Shown here: in pieces, positions 26,020 to 38,700 of the stretch
How positions within the stretch are numbered: position 1 is the stretch's first letter
Layout of the letters: each line of letters begins with the position of its first letter
Source of the DNA: Azolla caroliniana
Lineage: Eukaryota; Plantae; Polypodiophyta
Assembly (NCBI GenBank): GCA_043228905.1
Contig: JBHGNT010000022.1
Coordinates: 992,001-1,056,000, forward strand
Reading direction: 5' to 3'
Length of the DNA stretch: 64,000 nt
Notes under the pieces: generated by a model
The model's database searches: none
Seen by the model: the letters and a program-made list of their open reading frames with translations, nothing else
What the model was told of the DNA's origin: nothing
Program-made: the position numbers and the translations under genes

Positions 26020-26339
26020 CACGAGGGGGGAACAAACGAGACATCGATTCTTGGGCCTTCTTACGAGAAAGAGGCTCTTAAGCGAAGCAACAACAAAGGC
26101 AGGGCAAGGCAGGGCAGGGCGAGCACGGTGCGTGTAATCAATCCATGGGGTGTTTGGTCTGGGTTGACGAAGTTGAGACAAAGATGCGATGTACTAAGCG
26201 AACTGTGGATCGGACAAGAGCCCTGCAAGGCGCGAACTGTATGGATCAGACAAGTTCTGGAGTCTGGACCACTCCTCTGGAGGTCCAGTTGGTTGGTATG
26301 GGGGTAATGTTTCTAGGAAGGGTTTTAGGGTGGTGGTGG

Positions 26340-26501
26340 GGTCACGTGACCTTGTCCACGTGGCAACAGGCCCCACGCCCCAGGAGAAGGAGGTTGGTGG
26401 GAGTATGTCACGTGACTGATTTTTTTTGGGACTCCCAAAAAAGTGCTAATATTTTTGCAAAAAATAGATATTAAAAATAGAAATAAATTCAAGCCCACGT
26501 G
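26340..26501. promoter_or_regulatory. G-box cluster upstream of FHY1
   Basis: CACGTG at 26343, 26357, 26409 and 26496, including palindromic GGTCACGTGACC and CCACGTGGC contexts. Confidence 0.5.
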
Positions 26502-27462
26502 AAAAAAAAAACAACTAGGGGTGATAATGTTTTTGTGTTTTAATTTTTTTTGTAAAAACACATTTTATTATGGTTCAATATGATTAGTTATCCGTTTTAA
26601 TTGCTTGCATAAATAAATAAATTTGTTTTGCTTTTTTATTTTTAAATTGATTTGGTAAGAAAAAAAAAACTTACAAGCAAAATTGATTTCGAAAAACAAA
26701 AACACTACTTCGCATTATTTAGCAAAAAGTATGTATTCTAATCAATTTAGTTTTTCCATAAAAACTCTTTTTAATATGGATATACAAAAAATATATATGT
26801 ATTTCTGTTCTTCATTGTATTTAATTTTAATTTTAATTCCTTATTTCTAATTTCTAAATTCCGGATTTTAATCTTCAATTTCTGATAATTTATTACTAAT
26901 GTCTAATTGTTAGTTCTCTGAAATTTGATGTTTGACTTCTACTCATAATTCCTAATAGTTGATAAGTTTTGAAATTTAATTCCTAATAATTGCTAAAGTT
27001 TTGGATTTTCATCTTTAATTGTCGATGATTAATTCCTAATGATTACTTGTTAACCTCTAATTTGTAATGGTTAATTCTAATTAAATTAACTGTTTAATTG
27101 TTAATGTCTACTTTTTTAATTGGAATAATCTAACAATTTTTATGTTTTATTTTTTTGCATTTAATTCCATCGATTTTTTGTCGGGTCTGATATTTTTTTA
27201 TCACAACAAATCAATTTGATTTCCTATTTAATTAAATTTTCGCAAAACAAAAAATTGAATTAGGAGCAAAATAAATAAGCAAAAAAATACAGATATATAT
27301 GTATTTCTGATTGAATCGATTTATGTATGTATATATTTCATTAAAAATTAAAAAATGAAATAAAAAAGAAAAGAAATTAAGCTTCTTTTTTAGCTTTGTC
27401 TCTGTTCTGCAGCTGCTGCTAAATTTAGCAGAGCTTCTATCCATCCATCCATCCATCAATCC

Positions 27463-27522
27463 ATGGCTTCTTCTTCTTCTTCTTCTCCATCTTCTTCTGC
27501 TGTCTTCTTCTTCTTCTTCTGA
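27463..27522 (+). other. Putative uORF (19 aa, MASSSSSSPSSSAVFFFFF) in the presumed FHY1 5' leader exon
   Basis: ccATGG context, stop TGA at 27520-27522. The presumed leader intron is 27555 (GTATGT) to 28327 (CAG). Confidence 0.45.
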
Positions 27523-28201
27523 TCCTGGTTCTGATTCTGATCCTGAAAACAGAGGTATGTCTTCACTGTCTCTGTCTCTGTCTCCCCCTTTTTCTTTCAA
27601 TTTCTCAATTCATGTAATTCTCGGCCTGATTTACCCTGCTATCTCTCAAGTTTCTGCTCATCTCTGTTCTGTTCTGTTTCTGTTTCTGTTCTGTTCCATG
27701 TCCCCTCATCCATTCGTTTTAGGGTTCCATGTCTCCTCATCCATTCGTTTTAGGGTTCCCCTGCTCCATGTCTCCTCTTTTTTTTGTTTTCTGTTTTTTT
27801 CTTCCTCTTTCTTCTTCTGCTGCTCTGAAAAAATCCTCTCTTTCTTCCTCTCTGCTCTGTCTGTGTCTGTCCTATTTTTGTTAGGGTTAGGATCTCTGCT
27901 ATTAAGATTTGCTTCTGTTTCTGCCTTTCTGGAAAATCTCTGCTCCTTTTCTTTATGTTGTTTAGTTGTTAGGGTTAGGGTTAGGGTTTCTGTTTAGATT
28001 ACTTGCTTATTCTTGTCGTCGTGACGATCTGACTGTCTTATTCTGTCCTCGTCTATTCTTTTATGAATTTCTAGGAAACCTGTCCTATTTTTTTTTGGTG
28101 GTTTTATTTGATTTCACAGACCTTCAGGATTTAGGGCAAGGATTTCTGGTTTTTCTTCTTTTGTGGGAAATTTTCCCTTCTTTTTCCTACTATTTGAGTC
28201 T

Positions 28202-28238
<37 letters not shown>

Positions 28239-28359
28239 CAATACAGGAAGGGGTTAGGGTTTTCCTTTGGTGAGAAAATTTTGTACATTCTTTTTCTCTG
28301 ATTTTTTTTTGTTTTGATCTCTGTCAGAGAGCAGGGCTTAGGGCCCGAGCCTGAGGCAG

Positions 28360-30213
28360 ATGGAGATGGAGATGGAGATTGCATCATCCAAGAAGAGGCT
28401 TCGTCCTGATGGAAGGCTTCTAAATACTGCTCTACCCAAGAGGGTATATATACTCTCTGATCCAGGTTCAATTTTCCGCCCTTCTCCATCTTCATCCTCC
28501 TCCTCCTCTCCATCTTCTTCTTCTTCATCTTCGTCTGATGATGATCACATGACCACCACTTCTTCCACAGTGCAAGATACTATGCATGACCATGGATATG
28601 GCCTCAAAAGAAACCATAGCCTAAGCACTGATTCAACCCTGACTGTAAGAGAAGCAGAGAGATCTAGCCTGGACATGAGAGAAACAGAGGATTCTTCGAG
28701 CATGAACATGAGAGAAGCCGAGCATTCCACTTTTGGGATGGCTCATCTGAGACCACCTTACCATGGAATCAGCAAAGAAAACTACAGCTGCCGAGACCCA
28801 TCTGGGCACAAGAAGTTCAAAGGAAACGACAATTGGTTCTCGGATCATGATGCATCGAGGAAACAGAGCTGGATGGATTCCGAAGCCGAGGTTAGTGATT
28901 TGACATGTGAAATGAATCACAAGTCATGTGGTTATGACTTGAACTCTTCAATGCTACATGAGGTAGTCGGCGAGCCATACGTAGTGAACACAAGGATTCA
29001 TGGGTGCACGAAAGATTTAGGGTTTCTGAACTCTCGGTCTTCGCCATTGAAGCCTAAAGCAGAGGATTCGCCTTGCGGTTCGAGTGGAGCCTATGCCTTG
29101 CCTAAGATGGTTGTAGACAGCGGAAGACATCTGGAAAGAGATACAAAATGGTCTTATGTGATCGATAAGATGGAATCCGCATCGGCTCGTGGAGAGAGGG
29201 AACTCCCCGCGAATAACTCCTTTGCCGAAGACACAAGCTCGAGGCGCGGATTCTCCAGTATATTCCCTTCGGTTGGCAGAGCTTTTTCGACAAGCACGCA
29301 AAATACGTATACAAAAGCGAAATCTCTCATGAAAGCAAATTTAGGTCAGAGCGATGGAGGAGGAGCTTCTTCTTCTTCACATCAAGAAAGCCCTTGTAGT
29401 TCTCAAGGTTCTTCACCGCCTCGGCCCCGACCACCATCATATGTATTATCATCGGGTCGGAAGAGCCTTGAAGAAGGTTAGTTTATATTCCTCATTTCCT
29501 CTTCCAGGATTGCAAACTTGTTTTGTTTTTTGTTCTTCTTTATAAAAACCATGCGGTTCTTCTCCTTCACAGAATCTATGCCTCGTTTCGCCAGAAAAAA
29601 AGAGTACATATTTTTAATCAGGAAGTAGACATTGAAACATGTTTTTTGATCTTGAAATGCATCTTGCTTGTTTCATGAAGCAAAATGTGCCTTGCTCCAT
29701 GAAGCAAAATGCATTTTCTCTTCATTAAACCGGATGTGTTTCTCTTCATACTAATTGAATTCCATCTTTAATGTCGCTTTCTGATTAAAAAATTACATAT
29801 TTTTAATCAGGAAGTAGACATTGAAACATGTTTTTTGATCTTGAAATGCATCTTGCTTGTTTCATGAAGCAAAATGTGTCTTGGTCCATGAAGCAAAATG
29901 CATTTTCTCTTCATTAAACTGGATGTGTTTCTCTTCATACTAATTGAATTCCATCTTTAATGTCGCTTCCTGATTAAAAAATTACGTATTTTTAATCAGC
30001 AAGTAGACATTGAAACATGTTTTTTGATCGTGAAATGCATCTTGCTTGTTTCATGAAGCAAAATGTGTCTTGGTCCATGAAGCAAAATGCATTTTCTCTC
30101 CATACTAATTGAATTCCATCTGTAATGTTTCTGGTGCAGAGGCTAGATCGGGTCGAAGAGCCCCTACCATTGATCAAGATTTCGAAGAATACTTCTCGTC
30201 ACTCATGCTGTAA
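28360..30213 (+). CDS. FHY1: FAR-RED ELONGATED HYPOCOTYL 1-like phytochrome nuclear import factor, about 396 aa
   Basis: Exons 28360-29476 and 30140-30213 (GT-AG, in frame). It has an N-terminal basic NLS KKRLRP, a low-complexity spacer, and the FHY1/FHL C-terminal motif YVLSSGR...PTIDQDFEEYFSSLML*. Confidence 0.9.
29605..30128. repeat. 189-bp tandem repeat (nearly 3 copies) filling the FHY1 coding intron
   Basis: Units start at 29605, 29794 and 29983. They are near identical, and the third carries an internal deletion. Confidence 0.93.
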
Positions 30214-32899
30214 AGAAAACAAGTGAGATGGTTACCACCTCTTTTCTCATGTACATTTCAGAAAAATACAGAGTCGGTACATCATACATGCATGCATGCA
30301 TGTGTGCATCTAACATTTGCGAGAAAAGAAACTACTTCTAGCATTCGAGAGCAACTTTGCCACAGGTCAGTCCTACATTCTATATATCTTAATGCTCAAA
30401 AATATGCACGTGGTTTGTATTGCATCTACTCTCAATGCATTTTTTTCAGCTCAATGATGGCAAAATTTGGCCTTTCTGCATTTATTCAAAAGGTCCATTT
30501 GTACATGTTTTTTATGTCAGTTTTATCAGTTCAATGACAATTTCCAACTATATATTCTATTTATAGACCCATACGATATGAATCATGATATCATAGAATC
30601 TGAGCGAGAATTACTCTTCTCTGCTTACTCGTCACTGCTTTTTTCACTATGACTTCTTAGTATAAACTCAATTTTAATCTTATTAGTCCTAAGGATTGAA
30701 CCTACTCAGAGATATTAGACCGTTGCATGTTGCACATAACATATAGTTCCATGGATTGCATCTACTCAAGAGATATCATACCGTTGCATGTTTTTTTTTA
30801 TTAAACACCAATGTCGTGCTTGATGGCATGGTGATGTTGGGACACTTGGGAATTAATGAGATATATAAATTGGAAATCCTAAATTGCGATGCTTAGTATA
30901 TGATATAATATTCAGAATAAAAGTCTAGATTTAAGGTGTTGTCAAAAGATTGGAAAAAAATGAGGCGCAGAGACAAAAGAAGAAAGAATAGAGAAAGATC
31001 ATCATGATTTTGTGACAAGAGACATCAAAAGCATTCTATTCTTCTTATTCATCATCATATTTGTCATGACTCATCGTAATGGTCATTTTCATATCGATTG
31101 TCATCATATCCATTCGGCTATGGGATGAATGGTCATCTCTTTCGAGATACCACTCGATATCAATATATACCACTTGATGGAATGTGGCATTATGTCAAAT
31201 GTATATATAGCTTTGTCATGTCATTATCTAATCTAGAGACATGGAAATCATAATGCCACATCTTTAAATACCAGTAGATATATAGTCTCTCCTACATAGT
31301 TCAGTTTTCTGCTTCCTTCTTTTTGTTTTGGGTTGTAGCATCTATTGTAAAAAATCATGCTTACTTTTGTTGTTGTTTGGGTCTTAGTTTGATCTATTGT
31401 TAACTTTTAGATTTGTTTGGATTTTGTTGCAGGCTTCTCAAATTTGTAGATTTTGTATAGAAAGTATGAAGTGCCTCAAAATGGCATAAAAAAAGACGAT
31501 GTTAAATCGCTGTGATTTAACTTTTTTGATATCGGCTTGCAAAGAGACGATGTTAGGCTTCATGCTTCACTTACCATTCTGTTGTTGGTCTTGTTGAATA
31601 TCGTATTCCTTGTATTCTTCAGTTTTGTGTGAGGTGTGAACCATTTGATGGCACAAAAGGAAAAACAAAACAACTGATGGAAGTGATTGGTATTAGCAAA
31701 ATCGTTGTAGAGTGGAGTTTTGTACATTTGAATATGTTTTATATGTTAAAACTTATGTATCCAAATATTTGTTTCTCAATGCTATATCTTAAAAGGTATC
31801 TGCATCTCCAGGTATGGCACCTTCTCTTGGAGATCATGAAATACAAATTTGGGTAAGCAAAATGACTTATTGGTGTATACTCTTAATAAGATCTCATTTT
31901 GCTCTGCACCTCATCATGAAACTCTCCTTTTAATATTTCTAAGCAAGAAGTCATATTGTTCAACTAGAAATTGAATTTGGCTAAGCAATATGTGAATACT
32001 TTTTAAGATCTTGCATTGCTCTCTACCTCATTTGAGAAACTCTTGTCCCTTGCTCATAACACCTATCTTTGTTGGGTTAGGACAATTGGGGTTTATGATA
32101 ATACTCTTACTTCAAATAGAAGTGTTCCTACATTTTTAGCCCACCCCCAAAACCCAATAAAATTATGATTCATTTGTGGTGTTTGCATACATGTGGCTTA
32201 TATGCCCACAACTTTGGCCCCCCAAAAAATCACATAGGCTTTTTTCACATTCTAGTGTCATTCCAAAATTTGCTTTTTGGTTTGTCTTTGCTTTTGTTAT
32301 GTTTTTGATCTTGAGCTCTTGTTCATGCCTTGGATTTTTGGGGGATGTCTAAAAATCTCTTCTTTCAAAAAAATCTCTTTTGATATCGATTGTACTTTCC
32401 AAAAGCCCATGCTTAATGCTGAGTGTGAAATGCCAATTTATGCTGATTGATTACTGCCTGGCTTCCTAGGTAAGTAATCCGATCGGGGCAGATATTGGGT
32501 AGTCAGTTTGAAAGTGTCCTTTCAAAGAGGGGAAATGTGTCAATTGGCACTTGATGTTGGGTAGTCACTTCCATGATAACCCATTAGATGAGGCCCATGT
32601 GAGGTTTCAATTCTTTGTTCCTAGATTATTCAATACTTCACCCTTGTTGCACAATAGGAGTTTCCTATGGGAACTCTTTTAACATATAAAAATTTCTAAC
32701 ATGGTAGCGTCCCTCCCCAACTAGCATTGCTGACCTCATGTATTTAACCCTAGCTAAAGATGATTTCTATTTGTATTTTTGAATTCTTAAGACTTCTATG
32801 GGTGAGCGCAAAATCAATTGCACAAGTTTGTAGATCATTCATAGTCCTGAAATGTACTGGTTGATTTGCCTAATTGATTCAATCTTCAAAATGGCAAAG

Positions 32900-33421
32900 C
32901 ACATCAAAACACACTCCCCTCAAAAAGTCACTACAAGAGTGCAATATGTTATATTCATGAATCATAACCATAACTTATCATGAAATAGGGTTTTCATAGT
33001 TTTGCCTAATCTTATGCTAGAGTACATGCGAATTAATTTAAAAAGGAATGAGGGTATGAAGTGAATTACAAATCTATAGTGTGAGATAACTATTAAGTGT
33101 GTTAAACTTGACTAGTTCACATAAAGCAGTGAAGTGTAAACACACCAAGGCATCAAAACACCCACCCCTCAAAAAGTCACTTCAAAGAGTGCAATATTTT
33201 AAAGTGGGGAATTATGTAACATTCATAACCATAACTTATCATGAAATAGGTTTTTCATAGTTTTGCCTAATCTTATGCTAGCGTACATGCGAATTAATTT
33301 TAAAAGGAATGGGGTAGGAATTGAATTAGAAATCTATAGTGTGAGATAAGTTGACAACTGTTTAAGTGTGTTGTCACTTGACCACTTCACATCAAGTAGT
33401 GAAGTGTAAACACACCAAGGC
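32900..33421. repeat. ~250-bp tandem duplication
   Basis: CATCAAAACAC..CCCCTCAAAAAGTCACT...GTGAAGTGTAAACACACCAAGGC occurs twice, at ~32902 and ~33151. Confidence 0.8.
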
Positions 33422-35744
33422 CTACAAGTTTTTCTTATATAAGAAGATTACCTACCTTCTTATCAAGGGAGGCTTGACTTCTATTGAGACTATGTCAATG
33501 TGCCTATGCTTCTTGTTAGGTAAGCATGTGGAATCCTCGTGGAACCCAAGGTACGACTCACATTAAACCTCAATGGTATGGGAATCAAGGAGATTCGAGT
33601 TTTGACTTACATCATCGTTATGGAGTTGTTTGGTGGTCTGGCACCCCTCTTTCCTTTCTTTAGCCCATAATTATTTATGTTTGCCTTAAATAATTAGGTA
33701 GACTCGAACAATAACTTTGAGAATATGGGGGGGTTGAGGATTAAGGGTAGGGGTTAGGGTATGAAGGACTAGGCAAACAACAATGGTATGTCTAGCATGG
33801 TTGTTGGAGGCATTCAATGTTGAGGGGGGAAAGCTAAACATCATGCATGGTTGTATTGATGAAGAGTTCATTCACATTTCTAGAAAGCAATTGGTGTGTG
33901 GTGTAGCGAGTGAACATGGAGGGTGGTGCACGATTATTGCTACCACAGGAAGAAAATGCTTGCATATGAACCAATAATTTGTTGGCTAGTGGGGCTTGTT
34001 TTTAGGGTAGTCATAGTAATGGAATAACAGTGTCGTGACATGGGGTTCCCAAGGGTAAGAAGATGGGGAAAAGGATAGTGTAAGGTTTTTGGAATCTATA
34101 TCTAATAATGAGAAATAAGATCAGTAGTCCAAATGCTTAAGTGACCCTTTCCATACGAATGCAAAAGAATGCGTATGTTATCAAACATTCTTATGTTTTT
34201 TTTTACACTTTTTACCTTAACTTGCTTACCTTAAAAAAACCTTATAATAAAGAATGAATACAAAAGTATGGTATTTACCATACTTCGAGGGTGTTTACCA
34301 TACTCGAATGATTGAAACATTCTCAATGCGAATGCACGTATGGTTCATATTATGGTTAAGTCCATTGATTTGAGATTGATTTGAGGGAAAAAGGTAAAGT
34401 GTTTGAGTCTTGGGCATGAAACAAAGTAGTAAAACATGCATAAAAAAGAGAGGTTGCCTAAGGGTTTTGTCATTGGTATCCCCTGTTCTACTATAAAATG
34501 GGAGGGAGAGGCCAAAACAAGGGTTGTTAATTTTTGGGTGTTGGGGAATTGTTTGGAGTGAGGAAGAAAAGTGAAGGGAGTTTGTGTTCCCTTTATTTTT
34601 TGGTTTTGGGAAAAAAAACATTCATGAAAATCTGTGTGTATTCTCGTTTGGTAATTTGATTGCATTATGTTATTGGGCACACACCTTTTGGAGAATGCTT
34701 TTGAATAAATGCTTTGGGAAATAGAATAGGTAATCCTCTATGGAAAGAAGCTTTTAGTATTGGCTTTTTGAATATTGCATTTGGAACTTTAAGTTTGCCA
34801 AAATTTCCCAGGTTCTCACATTGTTTAATGGAAACCTTTCGGTAATGATCACTCACATTTGAGGCCTACGAATGGGACAATCAAGGTGCTATTATCATCA
34901 ATTGTAGAATGACTACATAGATTCAAGGATAACACCTCGTTCTTGTCTATCCAAACCTTAGTTCCCATATAACCAATATTTATTGTTGTAATTTCTTTTG
35001 AGATAAAAATTGGCCAAAACTCAACATTAAGGGCTGATGTGATGTTTGTAATGTAGTATTCTAATTTTGTCCTTTTATTATCTTTCCACTTCTTTCTTAG
35101 TAATTTTAGTAACCTTTCAATTGTAACAACATATTGCATAACATCACTTCAAAGCATTAAAAAACTCTTTTATACCCCTTCTTTTGAACCATTCTTTGAT
35201 GTCAAACCACTAGAGCAAATGGGATTTTTTTTTCTCTTGTGATTCTTTTGTAGCTCACATCCAACATTTCAAGCAAGATGTGGTTATATATGATTTGACA
35301 TATTGTTGACTTTTGTAACATACATATACTATTTGTAGTGCCAATATTTGTATAGGTTTAAACACTTGTTTCCTAGATGATACTTGGTAGGAAGTGGTGG
35401 ATTGAACTCTGAATCGTCCATCGAAAAATATATTTTAGATCTTAATCTCATTCCATTTATTAAGGTTAGAGATAGTGCCACCTCATACTTTGACTCCATC
35501 ACTCAAGACTTAACGAGAAGGATACTAGTAAAAAAGATTAGAGTCATATGAGATAATGGAGTAAACATGGTAATGACAAAGGAAAGGGCAAGGAGCTAAT
35601 GGAGCGCATACCATGGATGGTATATTCAGTCAAAAAAGAATTATCAAGGGAACTTAAATAGAGTAACAAAGAACAATTATCAAGTGTAAAGAATCGAGAG
35701 AGATTTAGTGCACTGGAAGATGACTGTGTGTTTGTACGTCAGAC

Positions 35745-35777
<33 letters not shown>

Positions 35778-38700
35778 AAACAAGAAACTGTATATTACTT
35801 CTAACTACAACTAAGTTACAAAGGGTTGGTTTAAATACCAACTAGGCTAGGGCAAATGCCCTTTCAACTATTTACAAAACTAGCTTGGTGTGTCCATGAG
35901 CTAGTGTGAAACCTATCTCTATGGGAAGTTGAGTTCGACCCTCAACACACCCCTTTGAACACAACTTCCATCTGTCGAAAAGTTGTTTTGGTTTAGTCTT
36001 CCGCGTACTTCGATTCGAATGAATTGGTTTCCAGCTTTCGTAATCCTACTCATCCTAACTCTTGTTCGGCTTTTTGGCTTCATGCTCCTTGTTCGGCTCA
36101 ATTGCTACCATCGTACTTCGAATCATTTGGTCGGCTTCAATCAACTGATCGGCTACTTTCGTGTTGGTTGCTTATTGGTAGCTTCCGTGTCACATGTTGT
36201 ACTCTCCCTCAAGCTCGGCAATGTGGATATCGTGAGACCAAGGTCGGATGCAAATTGCCGCACCCCTGTATTCAGCCTCCGTGCTCAACTGTGCAACTAT
36301 CGGTTGCATCTTGCTGCTCCATTAGATCGCTCTACTGCCGAGGGAGAAGACGAATCTGGATGTCAATTGTCTATCATCCTTATATCTGGCCCAGTTCGCG
36401 TTTGTGTACCCTTCGAGTCGAATAAGCATATCAACTTGTACATAATGCCGTAATCCATCGTGCCACTGACATACCGAAGTATCCTCTTAGAGCAATCGCG
36501 ATGGATATTTCGTGGGTTCTGCATGAATTGGCTAAGTAGGCCGACAGAATAGCTGAGGTCAGGTCGTGTGATGGTTAGGTAGATGAGGCTGCCGATCAGT
36601 TGGTGATACTGAGTTGGCTTGCACTCGGCTGTGCCGGAATCAACATTGAGCTTGAGATTACGGTCAAGAGGAGTAGACATAGGTTTGCACTCAGTCATTC
36701 CAAACTTGTAGAGTAAGTTGAGAACGTAGTGCCGTTGAGAGATTAGGATCCCGACTGGTGTCCGAATTACTTTGATGCCAAGGAAGTAATGGAGCTCGTG
36801 CATATCTTTCATTTCAAATCTGCCGAATAGGAGTGATTTCACCGTATTGCCTTCGGCTAGATTTAGTCCTCTGATTACCAAATCATCCACATATAGGATG
36901 ATGACAATCGAGTTGTTCGACTTGTTTCAGATGTACAGGGAGTTGTCTGATTTCGACATTCAAAATCCGATTTGGTGAAGATACTGCGTGATCTTCGAAT
37001 GCCAAGCACGCGGTGCTTGCTTAAGACCGTAGAGTAGCTTCTTGAGTTGGCACACGACTTTTGGATGAGTACGCGATTCAAAGCCAGGTGGTTGTACCAT
37101 GTACGAGGATTCTCCTTGAAGAAAGGCGTTCTTGACGTCCATCTGGTGGAGATGCCACCCTTTCTCTGCTGTGAGTGCGATCATGGTCTGCACCGTTATC
37201 ATCTTTGCCACCGAGGCAAAGGTCTCTTCGTAGTCGACTCCATGTGTTTGGGCGTATCCTTTCGCTACGAGTCGTGCTTTGAAGTGATTTGGGAGCCATC
37301 GGCATTGTGTTTCACTTTGTAAATCCATTTGCATCCAATCGCTTTCTTGTGCGGAGACCGAGGAACGAGATCCCAGGTCTCGTTTTTGCATAAGGTTTGC
37401 ATTTCTTCATTCATCGCGTCGACCCATCGCGGGTCCTTGGCGGCTTCAGAAAAGGTTTCCGGCTCCCGTACAGTTACAACCTTAATCATAAAGGCATAGT
37501 GGTACGCCATGTACTCATCGTAGCCGTATCAACTTATGGGGTTCTTTCCACGGGTGGACTGATAGAGTTTTTCGTTTGCAGCCGCAATGGCTTTCTTTGC
37601 TCCATTTGTCTGGATTTCAAGGCCTTCAAACTCACTGTGAGTTGAGTCATTATCCATCAAGTCTTCATATTTTGGCATTTTCTCCTTCCCTTTGTCCAAC
37701 TTCGGACTTGGCCGAGATGTGCTTTGATCGCTCGGAGGCTCTTGAGACCCACTAAACCTTGTCGTAATCGAGCTTTCTTCGAACATGTGCGTGAGACGAT
37801 CTTCGTCTTCTATCTCTATTTCGGTGGATTCCGGGTCGAGCGGAATTAGAGTCGAAGTTGTCTCTGGTGCGTACCAGGATGCGGACTCGTCGAAAATGAC
37901 GTCTCGACTTACTCGAGCTTTTTGAGTTGAGGGGTTATAGCACTTGTACCCCTTTTGCTCCAGTGAGTATCCTACGAGGATACATTTCTCCGACTTTGGG
38001 TCGAGCTTTTGTCGCGTCTCGTCGGGAATATGCACATAGGCGATCGAGCTGAAAATACGCACATGTGATAACTTAGGCTTCTTTCCGAAAAACATCTCAT
38101 ATGGGGTTACGTCGTGTACCCCTGAGGTTGTACACCTATTCATGAGGTACACGGCTGTGGTAGTTGCATTTGCCCAGTATGATTTTGGCAGGTTCTTCTC
38201 GTTCATCATCGCTTGTGAAACCTCTACTATGTGCCTATTTTTCCGCTTGGCTACGCCGTTTTGTTGAGGTGTGTGCCGGCATGAGAATTCTCATCGAATT
38301 CCTTTCTTTCAGAGATACGCCATACATTCGTCCGAGTAGTCTTTGCCTCCATTTGATCAAAGACATCGTACGTGCCATCATGTAGCCTTTTCGACTTCGT
38401 TTTTGAACCTTTGGAAGTGGCCGAACACTTCGCTCTTGTGTTTCATCGGGTAGATCCAGGTGTGCCTGGAGAAGTCATCGATGAACGTGACATAATATCG
38501 GCATCCTCCGAATGTGGCTGTTTGTGCCAAACCCCATACATTTGAATGTACAACATCCAGGATCCCTTTGCTCACATTTTGCTCTTTTGGAAATAGATGT
38601 CGGCGTTATTTTCCGAATTGACACGTCTCGCATACACCCGCAATCTCCTTCTTGGTAAAGTTCGGGAGTCCGATTACAACTCCTTTTGATTGCATATTCT

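Noticed and set aside
27232-28301. ORFs of 111-146 aa upstream of FHY1
   Set aside because: They are low-complexity translations of a CT/T-rich leader and intron. An in-frame TAG precedes the 28360 ATG.
34660-35400. Possible old LINE fragment (KKWKDNKRTKLEYY)
   Set aside because: Too degenerate to support boundaries or a family assignment.
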